A DNA stretch of 64,000 nt from Antedon mediterranea. Lineage: Eukaryota > Animalia > Echinodermata. The notes beneath the pieces are model-generated. The model made no database searches. It worked only from the letters and a program-made list of their open reading frames with translations, and had not been told where the DNA came from. Positions 53,501 through 64,000 of the stretch are shown here, one piece after another. Numbering within the stretch: the first letter of the stretch is position 1; each line of letters begins with the position of its first letter. A program made the translations under genes and the position numbers. Location of the stretch: NCBI RefSeq assembly GCF_964355755.1, contig NC_092672.1:26108437-26172436 (forward strand), read 5' to 3'.

Positions 53501-56500
53501 TCAATTTAAAATTGTCTCGGTCTAGTCTTATTTGCGAAATTTAGATTTCGTGCGTGTTTTAATATTGTAGAAACGAATCCTGGTTTTATTAAAAGATTCA
53601 ATAGAAGTGAAATCAGTACTTACAATAAACATAAGATATTTATATTTTTCGTTAATTCTTTTCAGAATGATTCCATTGATATTTACAGATAAACACATAT
53701 TTAATGAACATTGTATTTGTGTGGTTTTTTTTAGATCCAGTATTGACAATAGAGAAAAGTATAATGTGTTTAGCAGAAAACGCCATTATTCCTTTTCGTA
53801 TGTTATCAATTCCACAAAATATCAATGAATTTATTTTTGAAAAACTTGAATCCGGGAAATGGAAGAAAGTTGGAAGTTCAAAATGTTCTGGCAGATTGTG
53901 TGTACATTATGATACAGTAACACTGGAAGGATATCTTACAATTCCAACAGTTGAACATTCAGATGCTGGCGAATACCGCTTAAAATGTGTGACAGATGAA
54001 AATGATATTGTTTACTTGGCAAACTGCAATTTAGATCTGGCCTGTAAGTATATAATGGCAAGTTAAATAGCAACCTACATGAGCAAATTGACTGCATAAA
54101 AGAATTAAGAAATAAAATAAGCAACACATTAACAAAAAATTGAAAAACCTATCCAGTTACATCTTGTGACAAGTTTTTGTCTAATTGAACTATGGAAGTA
54201 CTTATTTTATACCTCCATAATTGTTGAATACACTTACATACTTACTGAATACAACCATATTACTGCATTCTTAATTGAGGTTAATTATTTTTAGATAAAT
54301 TGAATGAATAGAATATTATCTTAACGTTGTTAAGTGTATTACTCTATAATTTTACTCCTTCTGTACAATGACAAACATTTAAGTAAGGATAAATACCCTA
54401 TAAACACCCTATATGACACCTATCAACATAAATGACTGTGAATTAGATACAGTTAACTATGCAAAAATACTCGGTGTTTTCATCCAGGATGATTTAAAAT
54501 TTGATGTCCAGGTTGACCATATCCTTAGTAATGGAGGAAGACGTCTACACATGCTTAGCCTTTTAAAACAGTTTGGGATTCCTTTTTAAGACCTTGCCCA
54601 AGTGTACACCACATATGTTAGACCAATTTTCGAGTATGCAATACCAGTATGGCACTCTAGTCTTACTGTTGCGCAGACAAATGCCATAGAGTCCATGCAA
54701 AAACGTGCATGTAAGATAATTTTGGGTAAAAATTACCAAGACTACAACACTTCCCTTAACATTTTGAATATTAAACGACTAGATGAACGCCGCGAAAATA
54801 CATGTCGTAAATTTGCTACAGATTGTATTACATCTAATAAATTCAAGGATTCCTGAGCTTTCTGTTAAACTTAGGAAAAGAAAAGAATTTGTTGAGCCCC
54901 TATGTAAAACAAACCGATACTATAATAGCCCTAAGCTTTATCTTACACGCCTCCTTAATGAGAGATAGATTTTAACTCAGTAAAACTAAAGACATTTTTG
55001 AAGACGTATAAATAAATTAAACATAATATGTGAATATGTACAAATAAATATATTACTACTGTAAATACCTTAATAACTCCATAATTTTCACATTTTCTAA
55101 TTTTATCAAATTTCATAATCTTGTAAATAAATAATCAATTTCCCTTATTTAATTAAATTTTTAAATTTGTAGATAAATTTTAGCTAAATTTGTATTTTTA
55201 TGTATTTTTCTTGTGCAATATGTTTGATTCCACTTTTATTTGTTCTTTGATTTCTATGTGAACTTTATATACTGTTTTATGCCTGTTTTAAATGTTTTTA
55301 TATTTGTAAGTATCATGTAATTCAGCCATTGGCTGCGATTTTGATATGCAATAAAATGAAATGAAATGAAATGAAATAAATAGTTTATCCACTTCCTCTT
55401 TGCTGCCAAAAAACACCTATTTATACTAACTGTTTTAATAAATTCACCTAAATTTTATAGTAGCCTAAAAAACTGACACATAACTGACCGCCTACTAAGC
55501 GCATTGCATATTGGGTAATGTTAAAGTTTCTTTCGTTTATTTCCACTCACTGATTGAAACACTTTTTATGAGCACAAATTTAGCAAACATATTCTCATCT
55601 ATTTTCAATGGTCACCATTCTTTGGTAATTTTATGATGAGCCCCTGATTCCATGTTTTTAGAAATTCTTTATCCCATAAATGTTCAAGACAATCGATTTT
55701 TTTCTTCCATAGCCTTTGTTCTTTCTTATTGTAGTCAAGTACCTCTTTTGCAATTTCCTTGTATGCAGTTATAATTTTACTACATTTCTTTCCACCACGT
55801 CGTCCTCATCAACACCTTCTAACGCTTCAAATCTGTTATTTAGTTTTATTGAAATTGTCTTCTCCTATCCGAATGTTCAAGCTTAATTGTGTCAAACGTA
55901 ATCCTGCTATTTCTGTGCTGATGCTTACTTTTTAGTTTCAGTTGAACTTGTGTGCGATTTAGATGGTCACTTACGATGTTAGCACCTCTCATAACACGAA
56001 TGATGTCCTATATGGATGATCTGTGTTGCTTACTAAAGTAGTATATGATCTATTTGGTTGTGTGTCACTCCTTCTCCAACATACGCATTATCCTATTCTA
56101 ATATACTTTTTTTAAACATTTTCTGTGCTACTCAGGTGCGACTCAGCAGTCTAATAAAAAAGAAGTTTGCCTTGGTGAAATACGAAAGCATCCTCCAAAA
56201 GAATTTGGTCTTGGTAAAATTGCAACATTTCAGCAAGGACTAACAAGTTTTGAAGTTGCATCAGCAAAGACCATGCGAGATGGCCACAATCGTTTTGTGT
56301 TGTATACAGTAGCTGTTAAACATTCAATTGGAAAAGACACATCTCAGGCCCTGATTGACAGAAGATATACTGAATTTTACCTTCTGAATAAAGTATTAAA
56401 ACGCAAGTACCCTCATATTATGAAACACGTTGTCTTCCCAAATAAAGTCATCACTGGCAATTTCCGTCACCACTTCATCATTGAGCGAATTCGTGCATTT

Positions 56501-59500
56501 GAAAAGTTCTTAACCAACATCTACACTTTTGAAGAGATTAGAATTTGTCCAGAATTTCAAGATTTCTTCTACAACAAAGACCTTTTCAACAAAGAATGTA
56601 ATAATGGTATTATCATATTTGAAGTTTGAATGTGAAATTGGAAACATGGCATTTAAATATGATATGGGTGGGTCTGGGTTTACAGGGGATGCCAATGATG
56701 ATTTAGATTCATTTATTCAAAGATTTTCAGATCATGCTTCATTGCGGGATTATACAGAACACACAGCCCTTTAAGCGTTGAAAACCGTTTACAGCTGGTC
56801 ATGCGAAAATGTTTCTAGATACAATAGAGGTGGAACATAGGAATTCTATAACTAAAAAACGGGACTTGTTAAAAGCAAATTTTGAGGGTCAATCCTGGAA
56901 ATGGGGTATTGAATCGCAGTTGTTAACTAGGAAACAATTACATTCTGAAACCATTGATAATAAATATGCGTCGAACATTATGTTATGGGGTAAACAGATA
57001 AAGAAATCAGATTCTGAGCTCCTGTCTATTTTTATGATATGGTTATTGCCGAACATTCGTGCATTTGTTTTTTCTAAAGAACCTCAGTCTTTTCGAAATG
57101 CTTTAGATGCAGCTCGGCTAGCCATATCCGTTTAGCCTTCCTCTGGTACTTTTATAAATAACCATCCCAAGTCCAGTGTTAGTAATAAAAAATACAACGC
57201 TAGATACGCTCGCGGGGATGGTCGTACAAGTTTCTAATAAATTAGACAGCATTGAATCGTCTAGTCGGGTTCAGGGGTGATTCCTCCTTCTAATAGTAAT
57301 GTTTATGATATGAAAAATGCCGATATATCTAGTCGGACATTTAACTCTCGAATTATTTGTTGGCATTGTGGTTTTCGGGGTCATATGCCAGTGACTTGTT
57401 ATGCTTAGGCAATAAATACGCAACACCTTACTCGGTACCGTTCACTTTATTCATTCTTTGTGTACAACCTCCTGCCCGGAACTCCCCCACTGTACAAATA
57501 CCTCGTCTATTTAAACCAACCCACAGGTGGAAAATATGCAAATAAGTAATTGCGTACAACAAAAGAGTAAAGACGTCACAGCAACTTGTTTCGTCCGCAA
57601 CAGTCGATTTTTCTTGGTTTTCGTTTCTTTTTCCAATGTCATGTTTCCACATTAAACTTCCGTATCGTTTATTTTCCTCTCCCACTTTTGCATTAACATC
57701 TCCCATCAGGATGAGTAGGTTATGTTTGTGTATGCTATCTATCCATCTTTCAAATACCTTTATTAATCATATTTCATGTCTTGTTTTTTAGTCTGTTTGT
57801 TAAGGTCCTCACACAAGCTACGGGTATCTAGGATTGTCCCACTCTTTCGTTTAAAAGTTTATTGAGGGAAAATAGGTTTTTAGATTTTCTATCTAGTGAA
57901 AATGTATGTCTAGTTAAATCTTATATACTGTATAGTATTTCCTAATTTAATCAAGTGTAAGCCTTTTTTTTTAAATGAAGTTGAGTAATTTTTATTTGGT
58001 TTAATACGGTAATAATCATATAATAATATCATAATAATTCTACATAGCTAACAGTGATTACTTTCCTTGCTATTCTCACCAATATCAAAATATACTTCTA
58101 TTTAATTTTGCCATTATTTATTGTTACATTTTTTTTAAAGACATGGATGATTGTTTTGCAACACTTGGAGAAAATGCTGTTTTAACTTACAAATATGAAA
58201 GTGATAAAGATATTGTTGTTAGGTGGTATAAGAAGACTTTTGATGGAAATACATTGATACTGTCTTCTAGTGAATCGAGGATAAAACAGGTAGAAGGAGC
58301 TAACAAAGGAACCATTGGTCTTAATGAAACACGGTTGGAATTTAAGAAGGTAGTTTTAACTGATGCTGGAGTGTACATATGTAATCTGCGTAAGAAGAAC
58401 ATACCTCATGAAATCACAGCAAATCTATATGCACCATGTAAGTATATTGTTATATTTTTTTTTCATTATGATAATAATTTAAATCAAGTTAACACATCCA
58501 CAAATGCTTTCTGACGATGTAACAGTATTTCGCTTTTTATTTTACGGACGAAAAACACGGGATCAAGTCGTGGCCCGTTTACCATTTACCAACATAATGA
58601 AGTAAATATACCTTAGCCCAACCATGGTTGTGGCTGAGGTAAGAACATTTTAAGAATATCGGCTCTACGTCTCCAGAAATTGCAATTGTATTGTTTTTAT
58701 TTGGAGGGTAAACATTGCACAATCTAGATGTTCTCCTTTATTACGCACATGGTGGGTCTAGGACAACTACCCTCTGGACAACTACACCCGGACAACTACC
58801 ACCCGGACAATTACTACCTGGACAATTACCCTGCTAGGACAACTACCACCCGGACAATTACCCTCTTAGGACAACTACCCTCTAGGACAACTACCCTCTA
58901 GGACAACTACCCCCTAGGACAACTACCCGCTAGGACCACTACCCCCTAGGACAACTACCCCATAGAACAACTACCCATAAGAAAACTACTCCCTAGGAAA
59001 ACTAAACGCTAGTACTACTACCCCTGGGTAGGTAACAGTCAAACCAATATTCCATATTATTACTGGACTTGCAGTAAACGTAAAATGACAGCAGCATGAC
59101 ATAAGCTCTTACGGTAAAACATTTGTTTTGGAAAAGAAAAAGAATGAACAAAATCAGGCCAGTTGTATCGATAGTAAGGGGCTGATAAAAACAATGTTTA
59201 TATTATGATTTTTGATGACTGGTGACACCTACACCTTAGTCATTTCGTTTAATTTCATTTATTTTGCTTTTTTTGTTAATAATAATAAATTACATTTGAC
59301 ATGAAGATGCCATATATAAATCTAGGAACACAGTTTACCAAGTTGCACCAGTGTAGAGGGTAGTTGTCCATCGCTTTCGATGGGACGTCCCATTCCAAAT
59401 TTACAAATTTAATATAATTAAATAGACTGGTTAAGACCAAACATTGGTTATTTCAAACTCATATAAGATCATGATAGATACATAACTAAATAATATAAAA

Positions 59501-60816
59501 TAACAGATAAGCAACACTAACTCTAAAGTTTTCATTCGTAGAACACTGTTTAAGTTTAACAGAAAAAGTTTTAACATCAAGTATGTCTACGCATATGTCC
59601 TGGATATCTGAAGGTCCCAGATCCGAGGGAATCTAAATAAAATAGAAGTTGTCCTCGAGGATAGTTGTCGTAGAGGATAGTTGTCCGGGTGGTAGTTGTC
59701 CTAGGGGGTAGTTGTCCGGGTGGTAGTTGTCCTAAGAGGGTAGTTGTCCCAGAGGGTAGTTATCCTAGGGGGTTATTGTCCGGGTGGTAGTTGTCCTAAG
59801 GGAGTAGTTGTCGTAGAGGGTAGTTGTCCTAGGGGGTACATGTCCGGGGTAGTTGTCCTAGGGGATATTGTCCGGGTGGTAATTGTCCGGGTGGTAATTG
59901 TCCAGGGGGTAGTTGTCCGGATACGAACATGATATCGTCACTGTGTCGTGTCAGAAATCTTAAGATTTTATATTAAATTGCCATATTAGTAATTCATCGT
60001 CTCGCTGTTTCTTGTAAGCTGCGTATTACGTTAAAAATAAAGGTACTTATGACGTCACTAAAACGTAACTTTAACGTTGTTTTTACTTTTCAATTTCTCA
60101 AGCTGCGTCACACGGGCCTATTTTGTAGCCTGTAAGTTGGTGAAGTGATGGTACATAATAATGCAATAGAATAACTGAAGCGTAACCATTAGTTATGTGT
60201 ACCAACCATGCAAATGCAAGTTATGCATAGCTTGCTTGGGTTATATAAATTAATTAACTAATTAATTAAAACAGTACAGTACACCAATGTGTGGCTACCA
60301 GCATAACAAACGTAATTCCGCGATTGCAAGATAGTAAGAGTGTTACAAAGAGTTAGACAGCTCGAATTTGAGCCACGGCCCATAGTTTACAGAGCTTCGC
60401 TTTTTAGTAGTATTGTAAACCATTATACTGTACAATTATGACATAAACATTCATAAACAGTTGTCATTATATTCCTTTTAAAAAAACTTTGATTAAAAAT
60501 ATAAATACCAATTTTTTCCAAATGCTAACGTGTAAATACATTAAATGTTGTCTTTTACATAGCTTTAATGTACTTGGATTTGTTTTGTTTTTTAAAATAT
60601 GGATGTTCATAATGTTCTTGAAACCAAATGTTTCTAAAAACACCTGAAGAATTAAAGAAAATAAAGGTGTCTTTTTAATATTGAAAGATTTTTTCATTTG
60701 ACCTTACAGTATATTATCAAAACAAATCATTTATGATACAAATAAGAATATTGAACCTATTGAATAGTGTTTTCTTTTTTCTACAGGGGATGTGTTTACT
60801 GATAATATTGAATCAG
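32513..60816 (+). CDS. Ig-superfamily type I receptor: signal peptide, 3 extracellular Ig, TM, ITIM-bearing region and 4 cytoplasmic Ig-like domains; continues past the window
   Basis: 24 GT-AG exons chain in frame without a stop: 32513-32545, 33343-33400, 34244-34579, 35220-35516, 35757-35984, 37804-37887 (TM), 38125-38316, 38935-38962, 39274-39325, 39576-39654, 40691-40710, 41051-41138, 41931-41968, 42231-42351, 46496-46533, 46905-47019, 50777-50792, 51227-51241, 51982-52001, 52226-52357, 52485-52802, 53735-54043, 58141-58437, 60787-60816. The micro-exons, several AAG acceptors and the 38316 donor are the weakest points. Confidence 0.75.
34244..35984 (+). CDS. Three extracellular Ig-domain exons of the receptor
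   Basis: RIPCDY..IQWDEL..IFQCEV; TFTCST..TQWYKN..DDGRYTCKA; ATCTAVGNP..LTCYAEN. All are phase 1-1 exons with both canonical Cys. Confidence 0.9.
37200..37425 (-). mobile_element. tRNA-derived SINE with Deu/Nin-domain-like core
   Basis: On the - strand: A box tggccgagcgg (37405-37415), B box ggttcgaggc (37351-37360), then ttaaagaacc..cttacgagacgagtagggggttaacccggtgt, which resembles my recollection of the Deu/Nin (AmnSINE1-type) core. Confidence 0.7.
37804..37887 (+). CDS. Transmembrane exon of the Ig receptor
   Basis: GIVAGSVLLYIVLIVICVGLLLWLLLLV, with tag| acceptor and |gtaagt donor. Confidence 0.85.
41051..47019 (+). CDS. ITIM-encoding cytoplasmic exons of the Ig receptor
   Basis: VIYAQV (41051-41138), IQYADL...TPYIEM (42231-42351) and IQYADL...TPYMEM (46905-47019). 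Confidence 0.8.
43213..46205. mobile_element. EnSpm/CACTA-like non-autonomous element (intronic)
   Basis: Termini cacactaaaa..aaggtgcaa / ttgcacctttagttttaagtgtg flanked by TA on both sides, with many subterminal aaaggtgcaa/ttgcaccttt motifs at both ends. Confidence 0.7.
44227..44885. mobile_element. hAT-like MITE with 6-bp TSD nested in the EnSpm-like element
   Basis: TIR cagcccacgaa / ttcgtgggctg; TSD ctgtaa (44221-44226, 44886-44891); subterminal ggtcggca/tgccgacc repeats. Confidence 0.75.
47777..50640. mobile_element. Outer Harbinger-type MITE split by an inner Harbinger derivative
   Basis: gccaaattacacagacgag at the left versus ctcgtctgtgtaaattggc at the right. Confidence 0.55.
47846..50384 (+). 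mobile_element. Non-autonomous Harbinger element with a MADF-domain relic
   Basis: ~28-bp TIR ggccggtgcacacc(a/g)aacgcgaagccgc with TTA/TTT flanks; internal EILCNYPSCLYDKGSKSYTDRNK (MADF-like, disrupted). Confidence 0.75.
52226..58437 (+). CDS. Post-TM Ig-like exons of the receptor (half domain plus three whole domains)
   Basis: ISLRVQNPVGSDSGTYNCNI (52226-52357); EMKCRY..YKWKK..DTGKYHCEI (52485-52802); YLTIPTVEHSDAGEYRL (53735-54043); VRWYKK..LTDAGVYICNL (58141-58437). All phase 1-1. Confidence 0.85.
54400..55378 (+). mobile_element. 5'-truncated L2/CR1-group LINE fragment (RT C-terminus and 3' tail)
   Basis: KILGVFIQDDLKF..YTTYVRPIFEYAIPVWH..IESMQKRACKIILG; ends aataaa(atgaa)n at ~55350-55378. 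Confidence 0.8.
56136..56629 (+). other. Captured SNX20/SNX21-type PX-domain coding segment (candidate cassette exon or pseudo-exon)
   Basis: Open frame from the acceptor ctcag|56136: ..FEVASAKTMRDGHNRFVLYTVAV..IDRRYTEFYLL..FPNKVITGNF..IERIRAFEKFL..FQDFFY, which matches the SNX20/21 PX signature. The PXB region is absent. Confidence 0.75.
56646..57410 (+). pseudogene. Gypsy-type gag relic (capsid + CCHC knuckle)
   Basis: FTGDANDDLDSFIQRF..LLTRKQLHSETI..LLPNIRAFVFSKEPQSF..A, then CWHCGFRGHMPVTC (~57358-57399); frameshifts and stops; no flanking LTR seen. Confidence 0.7.
58754..59925. mobile_element. Foldback/MULE-like MITE with inverted arrays of 16-17-bp repeats
   Basis: (ggacaactaccctcta)n at 58760-59025 versus (ggtagttgtcc..)n at 59645-59920; degenerate flanks acatggt / acatgat. 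Confidence 0.7.
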
Positions 60817-60895
60817 GTAACATTTACAGGTAAATAAATTATTTCTTTAATTAGTTGTTTTAACTGGTATCATCTTATTAACATTGTTAACTAAA

Positions 60896-63258
60896 CAGGG
60901 GCGGATCCAGGATTTTGTAAACTCTAGAGAGTCTACACCAACTCAGCCCCAGCATGGCTGGGGGTGAGTTCAACCGATTTTGAAAATATAACACCTCTAG
61001 ATGGTCGGAAATGGCACTCTCATGTTATTAAAAATGTATTAAAAATTGATATTTTAAATATGAAACTGCAGGTACTAGCCTATTAAAAGGTGACATTTTC
61101 CCCATAGGCCTACAGGTATTTTTAGTAAAAACGTCACAACATGGCGCTTAGCGCTAGTCAGCGTTTGCACATGGCGGAAAAAGGTACTTGACAAGGGCCG
61201 TTGACAGGACCGTGGCAAAGCGAACTTTGTTAAATGACGCCCCATATGGCCGGAAATGGTACTCTCGCACATAAAATTCATGAAAAAGACCAATGAGCAA
61301 AACGATCATACTTTTTCCCTCCAATAAACACACGTGACTAATTAAAGGACGATACCATTTTGTTGCCGATTTCATTCACTCGGTATTTAGTTTGATTGCG
61401 TTGCGTTCAAGTTCAATACGAACGTACATATAGGGGAAGCCCCGAAAAAAGCGCAAAATTGAATGCTTATTATAGCTCAATATTTATTTACATCAATTTG
61501 TTGAGGAAATTAAATATATAAATTTAAATAAATATAAATAGGTATTAATACAGTTGCGTGGGTGGCCTAGAAAAAAAAATCGGTTGCTATAATGTAAACT
61601 ACAGTACACAGACCACAGTTAGTGTACTATATTATTATTAACATATCCTCTATGATGATGCATGATACACTATAATAATATAATACTGTAGGTATCTACG
61701 GTGTTCCATTTTTGACGTATCTACACTTTACGCATGCTGACTGTGTCAGCGATCTAAACAATAGGTAGGCCTACGCGGTTGTATGGTGGTGTCCTTTGTA
61801 CGAATCGTTCCTGCCCCAGCTCGCTGTATGGGTACGATACACGCGTCAATACCATGTTACATCCAGGGAACAAAATGCGTTTATTTTCAGGTGAAAATAG
61901 GCAATTCATTTTGCAACTCTTAGAAAGACAGCAATGGCAGTGGTGATCTCTAATCTAGTATTTTACATATGAGAACTTTCCGGAAATTTAACGAAGAGTT
62001 GTTTATTTCTGATCTTGCGTCTGCCCCGTGGAGTATTAGTGAGGCGTCCGAGGATGCTAACGAGGCTTGGGACATTTGGAAACAAATTTTTACTGATATT
62101 TGTGATATTCATGCTCCTATGGTGACGATCAGGAGGAAGGGAACTGATATTCCATGGCTTACAGACAAATTGGTTTCCCTTTCTCATGATTGTGATTATT
62201 TAAAACAAAAATCCGAAAAAACTAAGAATATAGATGATTGGAATTCTTACAAAAAGGCAAGAAATAAATTAAATAATTTGTCTAAATCACTAAAACGTGA
62301 CTATATAAATAATAAATTAAAGGATAATGTTAATGACACTAAACCACTAAAACAACTCTCAATGTAAACGGTAATGAAATAAACAATCCAACTGATATTG
62401 CTAATCATACATATTTTTGTTCAATTTCTAATGAACTTGCATCAAATTTTAATGACAACCAAAACGATATTATCTTTGAGTCGTTATCACAATTTCAACA
62501 ACGTTTCACCTTTAAAGATATTAATGGAAATAAAATTGAAGCTTTGTTGGAAAAGTTAGAAATTGGAAAAGCTAATGGAATTGATGGGATTTCCGCTAGG
62601 TTACTTAAAATTGCATCATCACAAATGTCTCAAAGTCTTGCCTTTTTGTTTAACTGGTCATTAAGATCTGGTGTTATTCCAAGTGAATCGAATGTGTTCT
62701 TCATACTTATGTGATGTTTTGCAATATATTAGTGTACACAATATTCCAACCAGAAACTCTGAAAATAATCTGTTGTATTTGCCCAGATGTAACTTCGAAA
62801 TATACAAACGTAGTTTTGTTTATTATGGAAGTTCACTCTGGAATGGCCTACCTTATGAATTAAGAAAACAAAACAATTATAACCGTTTTAAATCACGTGT
62901 TAAGATTCATTTAATTGATTTGTTGCCGGTAGTCTAGGATGGTTGCAGTGAAAAATAATTTAAATTGGTATAAAAAGTTATAATTAATAATGAGAACAAT
63001 TCGTTTAGTTTTAGTTTAAGTTTAGTTTAAGTTGTTTTAAAATTATGTTTAAATGTGCCGTAGGGCTGCTCGGAAGAGCAGTTTTATTCTATTACTGAGA
63101 GGGCTACCCTACTGAAAGAAAACGAAATAAAAAAAAAATAATATAATAAAAAGTCAATTAGCACGGCGCTGAAACAATGTGTTTTAATCAAAAGTGAAAG
63201 TACTTTACTCCTACACTTTTTTCGTGCGGAGGGTGCGCCCTCTCTGGATCCGCCACTG
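60896..63258. mobile_element. hAT-like non-autonomous element with 5-bp TSD
   Basis: TIR caggggcggatccag / ctggatccgccactg; TSD ctaaa (60891-60895, 63259-63263). Confidence 0.75.
61960..63145 (+). mobile_element. L2/CR1-group LINE fragment with the RT core deleted, nested in the hAT-like element
   Basis: RTFRKFNEELFISDL..WKQIF..CDIHAP..PWLT, then KANGIDGISARLLK..GVIPSE jumps to the C-terminal TRNS..KRSFVYYGSSLWNGLP; 3' stem-loop (tagggc..gctacccta) and an A-rich end. Confidence 0.75.
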
Positions 63259-64000
63259 CTAAAAATCTCAGTCATAGTATTAAAAAAGGAAATGTTAAAT
63301 TGGAGGTTATACTTTGGAAGAAAGGAAGGTTTATAATACATATGTGAGGGATATGTTGAATTTAAAATAAACCATTTGATGTGCTGTTTAAAATGATTAC
63401 AGTGCAAAGTACTATTAATATTCTACGGATCACACAAAAGAAACATCATATACATGCATACTTATTCGACGTACTGTACAACCATCCAAAAGCAACAGTT
63501 ATAGCTGCTTAAGTTTACGGCGATGTTTCGCAACCTATTGGTCGTTTTATTCATTAAATAATTTGATTGGTTACAAAATAATTTCCTATGCCTATAAATT
63601 GTCTACAAACTGATCTACAAAATTCGGATTAAGTTGTTTTCAATCTTTTTAGAACTGTTTCATGTGAGCAAAGAGCCTGTATGCATGTTGCTAAGTAAAT
63701 CTGATTGTTATATTTGGTCAAATGCTTTGTTACACTAGTTTCTCATGAAAAAAAAATCTATAAATAATAATTATTGTATTTATTCTTAAATTTGTTTAAT
63801 ATTCATTTATTTTATTTACAACGGCTACATATACCAGATAGCTACAATAACCATAACCATTAAATATCCCTCTTTAATTAATCCTTGAAACAAGAAACAC
63901 TTTATTACATGCTTCCCACATTTTAACATTTGTTTAATATACGCACTATGTTTTTCCATTTCGACATTTGACATTTTACAATCTGCTTTCTTTTAAAAAT

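Larger units (their letters stand above)
55600..57770 (-). mobile_element. Decayed RTE LINE endonuclease fragment, split by a ~1.5 kb insert
   Basis: ILMGDVNAKVGEEN..HDIGKRNEN (~57610-57720) resumes as GVTHNQIDHI..RVMRGANIVSDH..LNNRFEALE to the left of ~56070. Confidence 0.7.

Noticed and set aside
56060-56230. LTR for the gag relic (tgt start, aataaa)
   Set aside because: The left part is RTE endonuclease sequence on the - strand and the rest is in-frame PX-exon sequence; no second copy was found.
59744-59932. Gly/Val-rich 62-aa ORF
   Set aside because: Translation of the MITE terminal repeat array.

Overview
AT-rich, intron-rich animal genomic DNA; a marine invertebrate, possibly an echinoderm, is inferred from gene and repeat content only. 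Three spliced + strand genes are present: the 3' nine exons of a PLEKHM1/PLEKHM3-family Rubicon-homology (RH) gene, a complete 6-exon beta-lactamase-domain serine hydrolase, and a >=24-exon Ig-superfamily type I receptor that runs off the right edge. My hand-built model of the receptor is unusual: signal peptide, 3 disulfide-type extracellular Ig domains and one TM helix, followed by FOUR more Ig-like domains on the cytoplasmic side. The first of these is split in half by about 210 aa of micro-exon-encoded sequence carrying three ITIMs and two TxYxxM motifs. An in-frame phase 1-1 SNX20/21-type PX-domain segment sits in one of its introns next to a gag relic. Transposons are heavily nested. Five non-autonomous Helitron2/Helentron-type (HINE) copies are inserted into one another (1-7607). 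A near full-length RTE-like LINE is interrupted by a very young BEL/Pao LTR element (RT/RNase H deleted in frame) and by a Harbinger derivative. EnSpm-, hAT-, Kolobok-, MULE- and Harbinger-like MITEs, L2/CR1-group fragments and a Deu/Nin-type SINE also occur. All exon models were read by eye from GT-AG sites and frame continuity and need transcript confirmation.
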